From an uncultured Gammaproteobacteria bacterium (GTDB taxonomy: Bacteria; Patescibacteriota; Patescibacteriia; Magasanikbacterales; GWA2-37-8), in contig CAZHNI010000001.1 of NCBI GenBank assembly GCA_964533715.1, forward strand, positions 5,514 to 69,513: 64,000 nucleotides of DNA, in the 5' to 3' direction. Shown in pieces: positions 1-9,025 of this stretch. The stretch's first letter is position 1; each line of letters opens with the position of its first letter. The notes under the pieces are model-generated. The model was not told the DNA's origin and made no database searches. It was given only the letters and a program-made list of their open reading frames with translations. The translations under genes were made by a program, and so were the position numbers.

Positions 1-28
1 TACTCAACTGTAGCAGGGGGGGCGTGCC

Positions 29-871
29 TTAGTTAACTGTTGCTCTAGGGACACCTTGAGGATTGTAATTGACGTTCAACCCAATAAGAGATCCTGAAGA
101 CCCTTGCCGCCAGAACAAGTGGATCGTGCGTTTTTTGTTTATCTCAATCCTGTGAGGTCGGTCAGCGCTTTGAAAGCCAGAACCAAACACCACAGGTTTC
201 GTCGAAAAACAGAAACCCAAAAACATGAACTCAGCAATGATGTGGTCGCGCTGGTCCGTTTCAAAATCACGCTCACACGCAACTCTGAATTGGTCAGAAG
301 CGTTTCGCTCGCCGTTTTGCCATAGAATTTTGAAATAGCCTTGTTCAACCGGTTCGGGACCAGAAAATAATATCTTCAAAAGTTCAAGTGGTATATTCAC
401 GTCAGTCAAGGTATGAGTGTTGTTCACAGAGGTTGGTACATTACGTGACGATATCATGCCAAGCAAAAGTTTTATAAGCCAACGTTCAACATCATAGCCA
501 CTAAAACCCCACAACGTTTGCTCGGTTTTATTCAAGGTGATATCTCTAATACATCCGAATAGGTTGCCGGCAACGGTGTCTAACCCGCTTAGGGCTGAGT
601 TATGTCGCTTGCAGAGCACGTTAGCAACAAAAGAATTGATACCCAAACTTATTCCTTCCACAGGCATCCAAGGTAGGCCGCGGTACGTCGCCCCATCTCC
701 AATAGCTTCTAGAACAGATCGAGAAAAATAATGTTCTCCACTAAGCGAACCTCCATCGCAATCATGAAGGGAGGATGCATAGCATCCAGGCGTCTGTAGC
801 CCTGTGCTTGGTAACGGAGGTGTAGTTATTGTCGGGGCGATAAATGAAGTCTGTTTACTTTGTGTGCTCAT
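29..871 (-). CDS. hypothetical protein (contains CYASSLHDCDGGSLSGEHY Cys/His motif); start trimmed to first Met downstream of tRNA-Pro
   Basis: Long minus-strand ORF from the six-frame track (29..1135). Its 5' part runs through the tRNA-Pro gene, so I chose the Met at 869-871 as start. No family recognised from sequence. Confidence 0.35.
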   Translation of the reverse strand: MSTQSKQTSFIAPTITTPPLPSTGLQTPGCYASSLHDCDGGSLSGEHYFSRSVLEAIGDGATYRGLPWMPVEGISLGINSFVANVLCKRHNSALSGLDTVAGNLFGCIRDITLNKTEQTLWGFSGYDVERWLIKLLLGMISSRNVPTSVNNTHTLTDVNIPLELLKILFSGPEPVEQGYFKILWQNGERNASDQFRVACERDFETDQRDHIIAEFMFLGFCFSTKPVVFGSGFQSADRPHRIEINKKRTIHLFWRQGSSGSLIGLNVNYNPQGVPRATVN

Positions 872-960
872 GAAATTTTTGATATGTGGGACTTTGATAA
901 TCCTAAGCTTGGCTGCTTCAAAATATTTTTTTGAGCCAAAAATAAGTGGACTAAAATTTG

Positions 961-1033
961 TCGGGCTAGTGGGACTTGAACCCACGGCCTCATGCACCCC
1001 ATGCATGCGCGCTACCAACTGCGCTATAGCCCG
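961..1033 (-). tRNA. tRNA-Pro (anticodon GGG)
   Basis: Reverse complement folds as a cloverleaf: acceptor CGGGCTA/TAGCCCG, D-arm GCGC-AGTTGGTA-GCGC, anticodon stem CATGC/GCATG with loop ATGGGGT (GGG plus G37), T-arm GTGGG-TTCAAGT-CCCAC. Confidence 0.75.
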
Positions 1034-1121
1034 TTTGAGCTCGTTTAGCGTATCACAGCTTCCCTCACTTTTCAAGAGTTGCTGTTTGTGGTATATTATT
1101 TGTGAATTAGCCATATTATTT

Positions 1122-2156
1122 ATGCTTACTCTCAAGAGTTTTTTTAAAGAAGCCGTTAAACAAAACGCGTCCGATATTCATTTAGTTGGATCGGAAATAC
1201 CCATGCTCCGAATACATGGGGAATTAATACAGCTTGACGATAAGCCTTTGAATAATAAAGAGCTAGAAACCGCAGTTTTAGGTCTTCTTACCAAAGATCA
1301 AGAAAAAAAATACAGTGAAGAAAAAGAACTTGATTTTGGATATGAACTGGACGGTGTTCGTTTTCGTGTTAACCTGCACCAAGAACAAGACAATATTGGT
1401 TTGGCAGCTCGTTTGATTCCATCGGAAATTCCAAGCCCTGAAGATTTGCGCTTTGAGCCAATTTTAGGTGAGATTCCCGGATTTTTAGATGGTTTAGTTC
1501 TAGTTACCGGACCTACCGGCTCTGGTAAATCTACTACCATTGCATCCCTTATTGAAGAAATTAATAAAAGCCGCAAAGCACATATTATTACTATTGAGGA
1601 TCCGATTGAGTTTTTATTTAAAGATAAACTTTCTCTTATTGAACAGCGTGAAGTAGGAACAGATACAAAATCTTTTGCCAACGCGCTCAAGTATGTGTTG
1701 CGCCAGGACCCAAACATAATTTTTGTTGGTGAGATGCGTGACCCGGAAACTATTGCAACTGTTTTAACCGCTGCGGAAACTGGCCATTTGGTTTTTTCCA
1801 CCCTCCATACCTCAAGTGCCGCTGAAGCCGTGGAGCGTATTGTTGATGTGTTTGAAGGGTCCAGGCAAAAACAGGTTTTAATTCAGCTTTCGGCGGTCCT
1901 AAGAGTGGTGGTGGCGCAGCAACTTATGCCATCAATTAAGGATGGTTTGGTGCCAGCTCGTGAAATTTTGGTGAACACTTCGGGGGTTTCCAATTTGATT
2001 CGTGAAAATGCTATTACCCAAATAAAGTCGGCCATCCAAACGGGCGCTAAAGACGGAATGGTTACTATGGAAAATTCTATTAAGCAATTGTTAAAAGATG
2101 GTTTAGTTGATGAAGATACCGCAGCGCATCGCCAGGGCAGTAGAAAAAAAGTATAA
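1122..2156 (+). CDS. pilT: type IV pilus retraction ATPase PilT (twitching-motility ATPase)
   Basis: Walker A GPTGSGKST, Asp box, His box, and overall PilT/PilU architecture. The tracked ORF (804..) is extended over the tRNA. ATG 1122 is the first start clear of the tRNA, and an extended -10 (TGgTATATT) lies upstream. Confidence 0.8.
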   Translation: MLTLKSFFKEAVKQNASDIHLVGSEIPMLRIHGELIQLDDKPLNNKELETAVLGLLTKDQEKKYSEEKELDFGYELDGVRFRVNLHQEQDNIGLAARLIPSEIPSPEDLRFEPILGEIPGFLDGLVLVTGPTGSGKSTTIASLIEEINKSRKAHIITIEDPIEFLFKDKLSLIEQREVGTDTKSFANALKYVLRQDPNIIFVGEMRDPETIATVLTAAETGHLVFSTLHTSSAAEAVERIVDVFEGSRQKQVLIQLSAVLRVVVAQQLMPSIKDGLVPAREILVNTSGVSNLIRENAITQIKSAIQTGAKDGMVTMENSIKQLLKDGLVDEDTAAHRQGSRKKV

Positions 2157-2167
2157 GATTGTAACTT

Positions 2168-3631
2168 ATGGGTTTAGAGGCGAAAGAAATTTTTAAGATT
2201 GTTTTGAATGTTTCCAAGAAAACCAAAATACCGGCATATGTCGTGGGCGGATATGTCCGCGATTTTTTATTGGAAAAAGAGAATAAAAAAGATGTGGATT
2301 TTGTGGTTGCAGGGAGTGGCATAACCTTTGCTCGTGAACTCGACGCAACTTTAAAACAAGAAGGGAGCCTCATTGTATTTGAAGATTTTGATACCGCGCG
2401 TTATGTACTTGGAGAAGGTGAAAATCAAGTAGTCTTAGAATTTGCTGGAGCGCGACAAGAGTTGTATGCTCCGCATTCTCGCAAACCAGTTGTTTCTGAG
2501 GCTTCAATTGAGCAGGATTTAATGCGTCGCGATTTTACCGTTAACGCTTTGGCAGTATTGGTTGATAATTGTGTTATTCGAGGCAAACTGGTACCCACGG
2601 CCACGTTTAAAAAACATATTATTGATCCGTTTGGTGGCCTGGCCGATTTAAAAGAAAAGATTTTAAAAACACCACTCGATCCCGATGTTACGTTTAGTGA
2701 TGATCCGCTCCGCATGCTCCGCGCAGTTCGCTTTGCCGCCCAGCTTAATTTTGCTATTCATCCCAAAACTTTTGAATCGATACACACTAATCGCGAGCGG
2801 ATTAAAATTGTCTCCGCCGAACGTGTCCAGGAAGAGCTACTAAAATTATTAGCTACCAACCAGCCTTCGGTGGGGCTTTTTTTTATGTTCCAATGTCACC
2901 TAATGGATATTATTTTACCCGAAGTATCTAGACTTAATGGTGTAGAAGACGTATTTGGTCATCAGCATAAAGATAACCTCGTCCACTCTTTTAAAGTGGT
3001 AGATAATATTGCCAATGAATCACCAAAAGTATGGCTTCGTCTTGCGGGTCTGCTTCATGATATTGGCAAGCCAGCCACAAAAAAATTTGTACCTAAAATT
3101 GGTTGGACATTTCATGCGCACGAACACATGGGGAGAAAAATGGTTTATGCATTGGCGCGTCGGCTTAAATTTTCTAAGGATTTAACCGATTATCTCGCTA
3201 AACTTGTCAGATGGCATCTTCAGCCAATTGCCCTTATGGACGATGGAATAACCGATTCGGCGGTGCGGCGTTTGGTGGTTACTATGGGGGCAGAGCTTGA
3301 CGATTTACTTATTTTGGGTAGAGGTGATATAACCACAGGGAATCCTTACAAAAAAGAGAAACGTCTTAAAAATTATGATTTGCTAAGAGCTAAGATTGCC
3401 GAACTTATTGAACGCGACAAATTGAACTCTTTTCAATCTCCGGTGCGCGGGGATGAAATTATGGCTGTGTGTAAACTTAAACCAGGACCCACAGTTGGTA
3501 AAATTAAAACGGCCATTGAGGAGGCTATTTTAGACGGAAAGATACCTAATGATCACGAACAGGCGTACGCTTTTTTTCTCAATATTAAGGATTCATTTTG
3601 TTCGGTAGCTGCTGATTGGGAGCGGGTGTAG
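2168..3631 (+). CDS. cca: CCA-adding tRNA nucleotidyltransferase (poly(A) polymerase head domain plus HD domain)
   Basis: Motifs GGYVRDFLL, DVDFVV and RDFTVNALA (pol-beta NTase head). HD phosphohydrolase motif HSFKVVD...LLHDIGK follows. Confidence 0.75.
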   Translation: MGLEAKEIFKIVLNVSKKTKIPAYVVGGYVRDFLLEKENKKDVDFVVAGSGITFARELDATLKQEGSLIVFEDFDTARYVLGEGENQVVLEFAGARQELYAPHSRKPVVSEASIEQDLMRRDFTVNALAVLVDNCVIRGKLVPTATFKKHIIDPFGGLADLKEKILKTPLDPDVTFSDDPLRMLRAVRFAAQLNFAIHPKTFESIHTNRERIKIVSAERVQEELLKLLATNQPSVGLFFMFQCHLMDIILPEVSRLNGVEDVFGHQHKDNLVHSFKVVDNIANESPKVWLRLAGLLHDIGKPATKKFVPKIGWTFHAHEHMGRKMVYALARRLKFSKDLTDYLAKLVRWHLQPIALMDDGITDSAVRRLVVTMGAELDDLLILGRGDITTGNPYKKEKRLKNYDLLRAKIAELIERDKLNSFQSPVRGDEIMAVCKLKPGPTVGKIKTAIEEAILDGKIPNDHEQAYAFFLNIKDSFCSVAADWERV

Positions 3632-3648
3632 TTGTCTCTTGAGACTAT

Positions 3649-3900
3649 GTGTGGTATGATAAATATGATAAATCATATTTATATATGCGTAATTTAGGTG
3701 GTTTTTGTAAAAATGTGTGCGGTGCAACTAGCCTTGGTGAACGCGGGCAGGTTGTTATTCCCAAGGAACTTCGAGATGAAATGAAATTAAAAACTGGCGA
3801 CAAGCTTTTTGTTATAGAACACAATGGTGCGATTGTGCTCGTTTCAAAAAAAATGATGCAAAAATTTGTTTCTGCAATTACTCGTAAATTAAATCTCTAA
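3649..3900 (+). CDS. AbrB/MazE (SpoVT-AbrB) family DNA-binding protein
   Basis: GERGQVVIPKELRDEMKLKTGDKLFV matches the swapped-hairpin AbrB fold signature. It sits directly upstream of the efflux pump genes. The true start may be an internal Met. Confidence 0.45.
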   Translation: MWYDKYDKSYLYMRNLGGFCKNVCGATSLGERGQVVIPKELRDEMKLKTGDKLFVIEHNGAIVLVSKKMMQKFVSAITRKLNL

Positions 3901-5664
3901 ATGTCTATGCCAAAAATTTTTAAGAATAAAAAATTTTTAATTGGGGTCGGCTTGATTATTCTGCTTGTTGGATATTATTCATATGGCCGTTATAAAAAAG
4001 CTCACCAGCCAGTAGCGTATGACACTGTATCAGTAAAACGTGGAGATCTGGTGCAAACTGTTGATGCCACCGGAAAATTAGAATCGGTTGACGATGTGGA
4101 TCTTCGTTTTGAAATTCCTGGTACGGTTGGCCAAGTAAATGTTGTTGAGGGTGGGACCGTAAAGGCACAGGCTATTTTAGCGACTCTCCGTTTAGGCGAA
4201 CTTAATGCGGCCGTGGCACAAGCCGCGGCACTTCTTAACCAAAAGTTAGCCGGCGCTTCAACTGAGGATGTGTCATATTATAAAGCTGCTATGGACGCAG
4301 CTCAGGCGTCTTATTTGCAGTCAAAAATTGACGCAGTGGCTTTACTATCCGGTGCTCAATCGGCTGTAGAAACCGCAAAAAATAATTTAAAGCTGGCTGA
4401 GGGCGGCGATCAGAGCCAGATTGTTATTAATGCTTATCAAAATGCAGTCGTAGCACTCCATGAGTCTGTTTCTAAATTGGATGATTCTCTAACCCAAGCG
4501 GATAATATTTTGGCGGTTGATAACGTGCTTGCGAACGATGCTTTTAAAGATTATCTTTCTCGTAATGATATTTCTAAGTTGAATATCGCTAAAGCGTTGT
4601 ATGCTGATGCTAAAATTCAAAAAAATAATTTTAGAAATGTCGCCGTTGTATTGACAACAAATAGCCCGCATGCAGATGTAGATGGCGCCTTTGGTTTGTT
4701 CGACGTGGCTTTTAACAAGATGAACCAGCTCTTAATTGCGGTGTCTGATGTTTTGACCGCGACCCCGCCAGTTTCGAACTTAACCCAGGCAGCACTTGAT
4801 GCCAAGAAAACAATAATTGAAACCGCTCGCGCCGCGCTTTCATCCGAATACGCGACTATGATTAACCAAAAACAATCATTGGCCGACGCAAAAACCAGTT
4901 TGGAAGCTTACTCCGCCGCTTACACCAAGGCCCTGCGCGATTTGGAGTCGGCTAAAGCAAACGCCTCAACTTCAGTGCAACTTAAAGAGGCTGCCTACAC
5001 TCAGGCTTTGTCAACGTATCAAACCAAAGTAAACCCACCACGCGAAGTTGATATAGCGCCTCTTCGCGCCGCTCTTTCACAAGCGGTGGCTAATCGTGAA
5101 AAAGCTATCATTCGTGCGCCATTTGACGGGCAGGTAACTAAGATATCAAAAAAAGTAGGGGAAACAGTTTCTTCGGCAGATATTATTATGAATATGTTTT
5201 CTCCACATTTTGAAATAAAAGTTGATGTTCCCGAAACCGATGTAGCCAAACTTATTGGAAATAATGGCAATGCGGTTACGTTTACCGTTGATGCGCTTGG
5301 AGAAGACCAAAAATTTAACGGTCAAGTTTTAACTATTGAGAAAAAATCAACTGAAATTCAAGATGTTGTATATTATCAAGTACGAATTGCCGTTAATAAA
5401 GGATATGAAGATAAACCGTTTAAATCTGGAATGACCGCCAATGTGGTAATTCACACAGCCGATCGGTCACAGGTTTTGTTTGTTCCACTTCGCGCCGTGC
5501 GAACTCGTACCGATGGCACTAAGTATGTTCGTATTCTTGAGAATGGGGTAGAAAAGGAAGCGACTGTTAAGCTTGGTCTTAAAGCTGATGAAAATAAGGT
5601 TGAAATAGTTGAGGGTCTTACCGAAGATCAGGTGGTTATATTAGGCGTTAAACAGGCAAGTTAA
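3901..5664 (+). CDS. HlyD-family periplasmic adaptor / membrane fusion protein (MacA-like)
   Basis: N-terminal TM segment, long Ala/Gln-rich coiled-coil, and C-terminal beta-barrel (FDGQVTKISKKVGETV...). It is followed by MacB-like ABC genes. Confidence 0.65.
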   Translation: MSMPKIFKNKKFLIGVGLIILLVGYYSYGRYKKAHQPVAYDTVSVKRGDLVQTVDATGKLESVDDVDLRFEIPGTVGQVNVVEGGTVKAQAILATLRLGELNAAVAQAAALLNQKLAGASTEDVSYYKAAMDAAQASYLQSKIDAVALLSGAQSAVETAKNNLKLAEGGDQSQIVINAYQNAVVALHESVSKLDDSLTQADNILAVDNVLANDAFKDYLSRNDISKLNIAKALYADAKIQKNNFRNVAVVLTTNSPHADVDGAFGLFDVAFNKMNQLLIAVSDVLTATPPVSNLTQAALDAKKTIIETARAALSSEYATMINQKQSLADAKTSLEAYSAAYTKALRDLESAKANASTSVQLKEAAYTQALSTYQTKVNPPREVDIAPLRAALSQAVANREKAIIRAPFDGQVTKISKKVGETVSSADIIMNMFSPHFEIKVDVPETDVAKLIGNNGNAVTFTVDALGEDQKFNGQVLTIEKKSTEIQDVVYYQVRIAVNKGYEDKPFKSGMTANVVIHTADRSQVLFVPLRAVRTRTDGTKYVRILENGVEKEATVKLGLKADENKVEIVEGLTEDQVVILGVKQAS

Positions 5665-5669
5665 TATTT

Positions 5670-6392
5670 ATGTCTCTTATACGTGTTGTTGATTTAAAAA
5701 AGGAGTACCAAACCGGCGATGTTATAACGCCGGTTTTACGAGGGCTTAATTTTTCTATTGAACGTGGAGAATTTGTATCTATTATGGGTCCAAGCGGTTC
5801 TGGCAAATCTACTCTTATGCATATTTTAGGTTTTCTCGATACGCTTTCCACAGGTCAATATTTTTTTGAAGATAGAGATGTGAGTACTCTTGGCGATGAT
5901 GAACTTGCTAAAATGAGAGGGGCCAAGGTTGGTTTTGTCTTTCAAGCATTTAACTTACTTCCACGCGCGAGTGCTTTAGAAAATGTTGTTTTGCCACTTG
6001 TGTATACTACCGTTCCTAAAGAGGAACGTATAGAGCGAGGGAAAAATTTGTTAATTTCGGTTGGCCTTGAACACAGACTAAAAAATACTCCAAATCAATT
6101 ATCTGGTGGTGAGAAACAACGAGTCGCAATTGCACGTTCACTCGTTAATAAACCAGATGTTATTTTTGCCGACGAACCAACCGGCAATTTGGACTCTAAA
6201 TCTGGTTTGCAAGTTATGAAAATTCTGCAGGATCTTAACGAAGCGGGTCATACTATTATTTTGGTAACGCATGAACGCTATACGGCTGAACACGCCAAGC
6301 GTATTTTGCAAATAAAAGATGGACAGATTATTTCGGATGGGGCAGTGACTCAACGTCAGCTTGCTGATGCAAACGGGGAGCTTAAAAAATAG
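5670..6392 (+). CDS. ABC transporter ATP-binding protein (MacB/LolD family)
   Basis: Walker [10 protein letters not shown], signature [15 protein letters not shown], Walker [13 protein letters not shown]. Confidence 0.85.
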   Translation: MSLIRVVDLKKEYQTGDVITPVLRGLNFSIERGEFVSIMGPSGSGKSTLMHILGFLDTLSTGQYFFEDRDVSTLGDDELAKMRGAKVGFVFQAFNLLPRASALENVVLPLVYTTVPKEERIERGKNLLISVGLEHRLKNTPNQLSGGEKQRVAIARSLVNKPDVIFADEPTGNLDSKSGLQVMKILQDLNEAGHTIILVTHERYTAEHAKRILQIKDGQIISDGAVTQRQLADANGELKK

Positions 6393-6409
6393 TACAAAGT
6401 CCATCGTAT

Positions 6410-7660
6410 ATGTTTAAGTCAATTAATTTAACAGAAAATATCCAGGGCGCCTGGCAGATTTTAAGCCGTAATAAAGTACGGTCTTTTTTGACTATGCTTG
6501 GTATTATTATTGGTGTTATGGCGGTAGTGGTTATAATGTCTGTTGGGGCGGGGGCGCAGAGCTTGATTCTTAACCAAATTAAGGGTTTAGGGTCTAATTT
6601 GGTTGGAGTTCTTCCCGGAAAATCTGATGATAAAGGACCGCCAGCCGTGGTTTTTGGTATTGTAATAACAACTTTAACAACCGAAGACGGCCGGGCAATA
6701 ATGCAGTCGGGTGATTCGCATTTAGTTGCGCAGACCGCTTATGTGCGTGGGGTCGATACTGTAAAGGCTGGCGATATTTCTGACGACACTACGTTTGTTG
6801 GGGTTAGCGCCACATATCCGCAGGTCGAATCAATTACCGTTGCAAATGGACGCTTTTTTTCTGATGAAGAAGAACGTACCTTTGGACGAGTAGCCGTGTT
6901 AGGTAGCGAAACCGCGGATACGCTATTCCCCGATATGGATCCAATTGGTCAAATAATAAAAATAAAACAAACCAATTTTCAAGTTATTGGAGTGGTTAGC
7001 AAAAGAGGGGTGAGTGGTTTCCAAAATCAAGATAATCAAATTTTTGTTCCGGTGAGTACCGCTCAAAAATTGTTGCTTGGCATTAATTATGTTAATTTTA
7101 TTCGTGTAAAAGTTGATTCGGCAGAAAATGTTGATGCAAGTGTGGAACACATAAAAGAAATTTTACGCACACGACATGAAATTTCTAACCCAGAAAATGA
7201 TGATTTTTCCGTACGTTCTTCTAATCAGGGTCTAGATGTTTTAACGAGCGTAACGAACGCACTTCGTTTCTTTTTGGCGGCAATTGCAGCCTTGTCTTTG
7301 GTGGTTGGAGGTATTGGTATTATGAATATAATGCTCGCGGCAGTTGAAGAAAGAACTAAAGAAATTGGGCTTCGAAAAGCTGTTGGGGCAACTACTCGGC
7401 ACATTACATTACAATTTCTTATTGAGACAGTAATGATTACGTTTGTTGGAGGTATTATTGGTGTTATTCTTGGTATTCTTATTTCTATAATTGTAGCAAA
7501 AGTTGCAGTAAGTAGAGGTTATCAGTGGGATCTGGTTATTACTTTTAGTTCAATTTTTTTAGGTTGTTTTGTTTCAATCATAATTGGCTTTATTTTTGGG
7601 CTCAATCCGGCAAGACGTGCGAGCCGTCTTAGCCCTATGGAAGCATTACGTTACGAATAA
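6410..7660 (+). CDS. ABC transporter permease, FtsX/MacB-like
   Basis: N-terminal TM helix, large periplasmic domain, and three C-terminal TM helices with FtsX-like conservation (GIGIMNIMLAAVEERTKEIGLRKAVGA). Confidence 0.65.
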   Translation: MFKSINLTENIQGAWQILSRNKVRSFLTMLGIIIGVMAVVVIMSVGAGAQSLILNQIKGLGSNLVGVLPGKSDDKGPPAVVFGIVITTLTTEDGRAIMQSGDSHLVAQTAYVRGVDTVKAGDISDDTTFVGVSATYPQVESITVANGRFFSDEEERTFGRVAVLGSETADTLFPDMDPIGQIIKIKQTNFQVIGVVSKRGVSGFQNQDNQIFVPVSTAQKLLLGINYVNFIRVKVDSAENVDASVEHIKEILRTRHEISNPENDDFSVRSSNQGLDVLTSVTNALRFFLAAIAALSLVVGGIGIMNIMLAAVEERTKEIGLRKAVGATTRHITLQFLIETVMITFVGGIIGVILGILISIIVAKVAVSRGYQWDLVITFSSIFLGCFVSIIIGFIFGLNPARRASRLSPMEALRYE

Positions 7661-7667
7661 AAGACAT

Positions 7668-8903
7668 ATGAATTTTGCTCCTGTCATTCTGGCTTATCAA
7701 TCTCTCCTTCGCCAGAAACGTCGAAGTCTTTTAACCATGCTTGCTATTGCTATTGGTATTGCAGCCGTTATAACTATTATGGGCGCCGGCAAAGGAATGC
7801 AACGTTTTGTGCTTGGACAGCTTGATGTATTTGGGCCAGATACATTTAATATTGAAACACGGGTGCCAAATAGCAAAAAGAATTCTAGCGGTTTTGGATC
7901 AGTAGGCATTACCATTACTTCTCTTAAAGAGCGAGATCTTAGCGCGATATTAAAACTCCCTAATATTTTAGCAGCTTATGGCATGGTTAATGGCCAGGAA
8001 GCAGTCAGCTATCAGGGGCAAATTAAAAAAGTGGCACTCATGGGGCATGGCGCCGGTATGTTATATGTGGATACATTTACGATAGATTTAGGGCGATTTT
8101 ACACTCAAGATGAAGAAGATAGTTTGGCGCAGGTGGCGGTGCTTGGTGCCACCGCCAAAGAAAAGTTATTTGGCGATGAAGACCCAATTGACAAATTAGT
8201 TTATATTCGTGGCAAACCTTTTCGTGTTATTGGAGCGATGGGGAAGCGGGGTTCGGCATTTTTTCTTGATATGGACAACCAGATTACTTTGCCTGCGAAA
8301 ACCATGCAAAAGAAATTGCTGGGCATTGATTATTACCAGATGATTATTGGAAAAATGAGAGATGGCTCGCGAGCTGACCAAACCGCCCTAGAAGTTGCTG
8401 AAGTTATTAGAAGCAATCATTCTATAACCAATTCGGATAGAGACGATTTTGCAGTTAATACCACCGCCGATGCCAGGAAAACCTTAACTACCGTAACGGG
8501 AGGAGTTACCATGCTTTTGGTGGCGCTAGTTTGTATTTCACTTATTGTGGGCGGGGTTGGTATTATGAATATTATGTATGTTTCGGTTGCAGAACGTACT
8601 TTTGAAATTGGTCTACGTAAGTCGCTCGGGGCGCGTTCTAAAGATATCTTATTACAATTTTTGGCAGAGGCGGTTCTTATTACTTTGGGCGGCGGAGTGG
8701 TTGGGGTAGTACTTGGTACAATATTGGCCTTTATTATTTATATTGTGGCGGTTTCATTTAATTTTAAATGGGTTTTTAGTGTACCACTTTCTTCTATTGC
8801 CTTGGCCGTAGGTTTTTCGGCGACCATCGGTCTCCTGTTTGGTTTATACCCAGCTAAAAAAGCAGCGGCCTTAAGCCCAATTGATGCCTTAAGACGCGAA
8901 TAA
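7668..8903 (+). CDS. ABC transporter permease, FtsX/MacB-like (second copy)
   Basis: Paralogue of the previous gene (GVGIMNIMYVSVAERTFEIGLRKSLGA). Start moved to ATG 7668 just past the upstream stop; the tracked ORF begins inside the upstream gene. Confidence 0.65.
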   Translation: MNFAPVILAYQSLLRQKRRSLLTMLAIAIGIAAVITIMGAGKGMQRFVLGQLDVFGPDTFNIETRVPNSKKNSSGFGSVGITITSLKERDLSAILKLPNILAAYGMVNGQEAVSYQGQIKKVALMGHGAGMLYVDTFTIDLGRFYTQDEEDSLAQVAVLGATAKEKLFGDEDPIDKLVYIRGKPFRVIGAMGKRGSAFFLDMDNQITLPAKTMQKKLLGIDYYQMIIGKMRDGSRADQTALEVAEVIRSNHSITNSDRDDFAVNTTADARKTLTTVTGGVTMLLVALVCISLIVGGVGIMNIMYVSVAERTFEIGLRKSLGARSKDILLQFLAEAVLITLGGGVVGVVLGTILAFIIYIVAVSFNFKWVFSVPLSSIALAVGFSATIGLLFGLYPAKKAAALSPIDALRRE

Positions 8904-9025
8904 TTAAAAATAAAAGCTTGCACGATAAGTGAGTGTTTTATAGTTAAACTTTGTTTATTTTTAAGCTAGACGGTTGCTTTTTGTGTTTAAAAATGTTACG
9001 CTGAAACTAGCCTTAAAAGCCTGTT

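Noticed and set aside
29-1135. 368-aa minus-strand ORF and the 5' ~100 codons of the 804..2156 plus-strand ORF overlapping each other
   Set aside because: Both run straight through the tRNA-Pro gene (961-1033). The real genes are trimmed to 29..871 (-) and 1122..2156 (+).The overlapping portions are read-through artefacts.
1298-1801. 167-aa antisense ORF inside pilT
   Set aside because: It lies opposite the conserved PilT ATPase core and has no support.
7676-7700. CTGTCATTCTGGC at the start of the second permease gene resembling the element TIR
   Set aside because: Only the 11-nt TIR-like string is present. There is no partner inverted repeat or internal module, so it is probably chance similarity.
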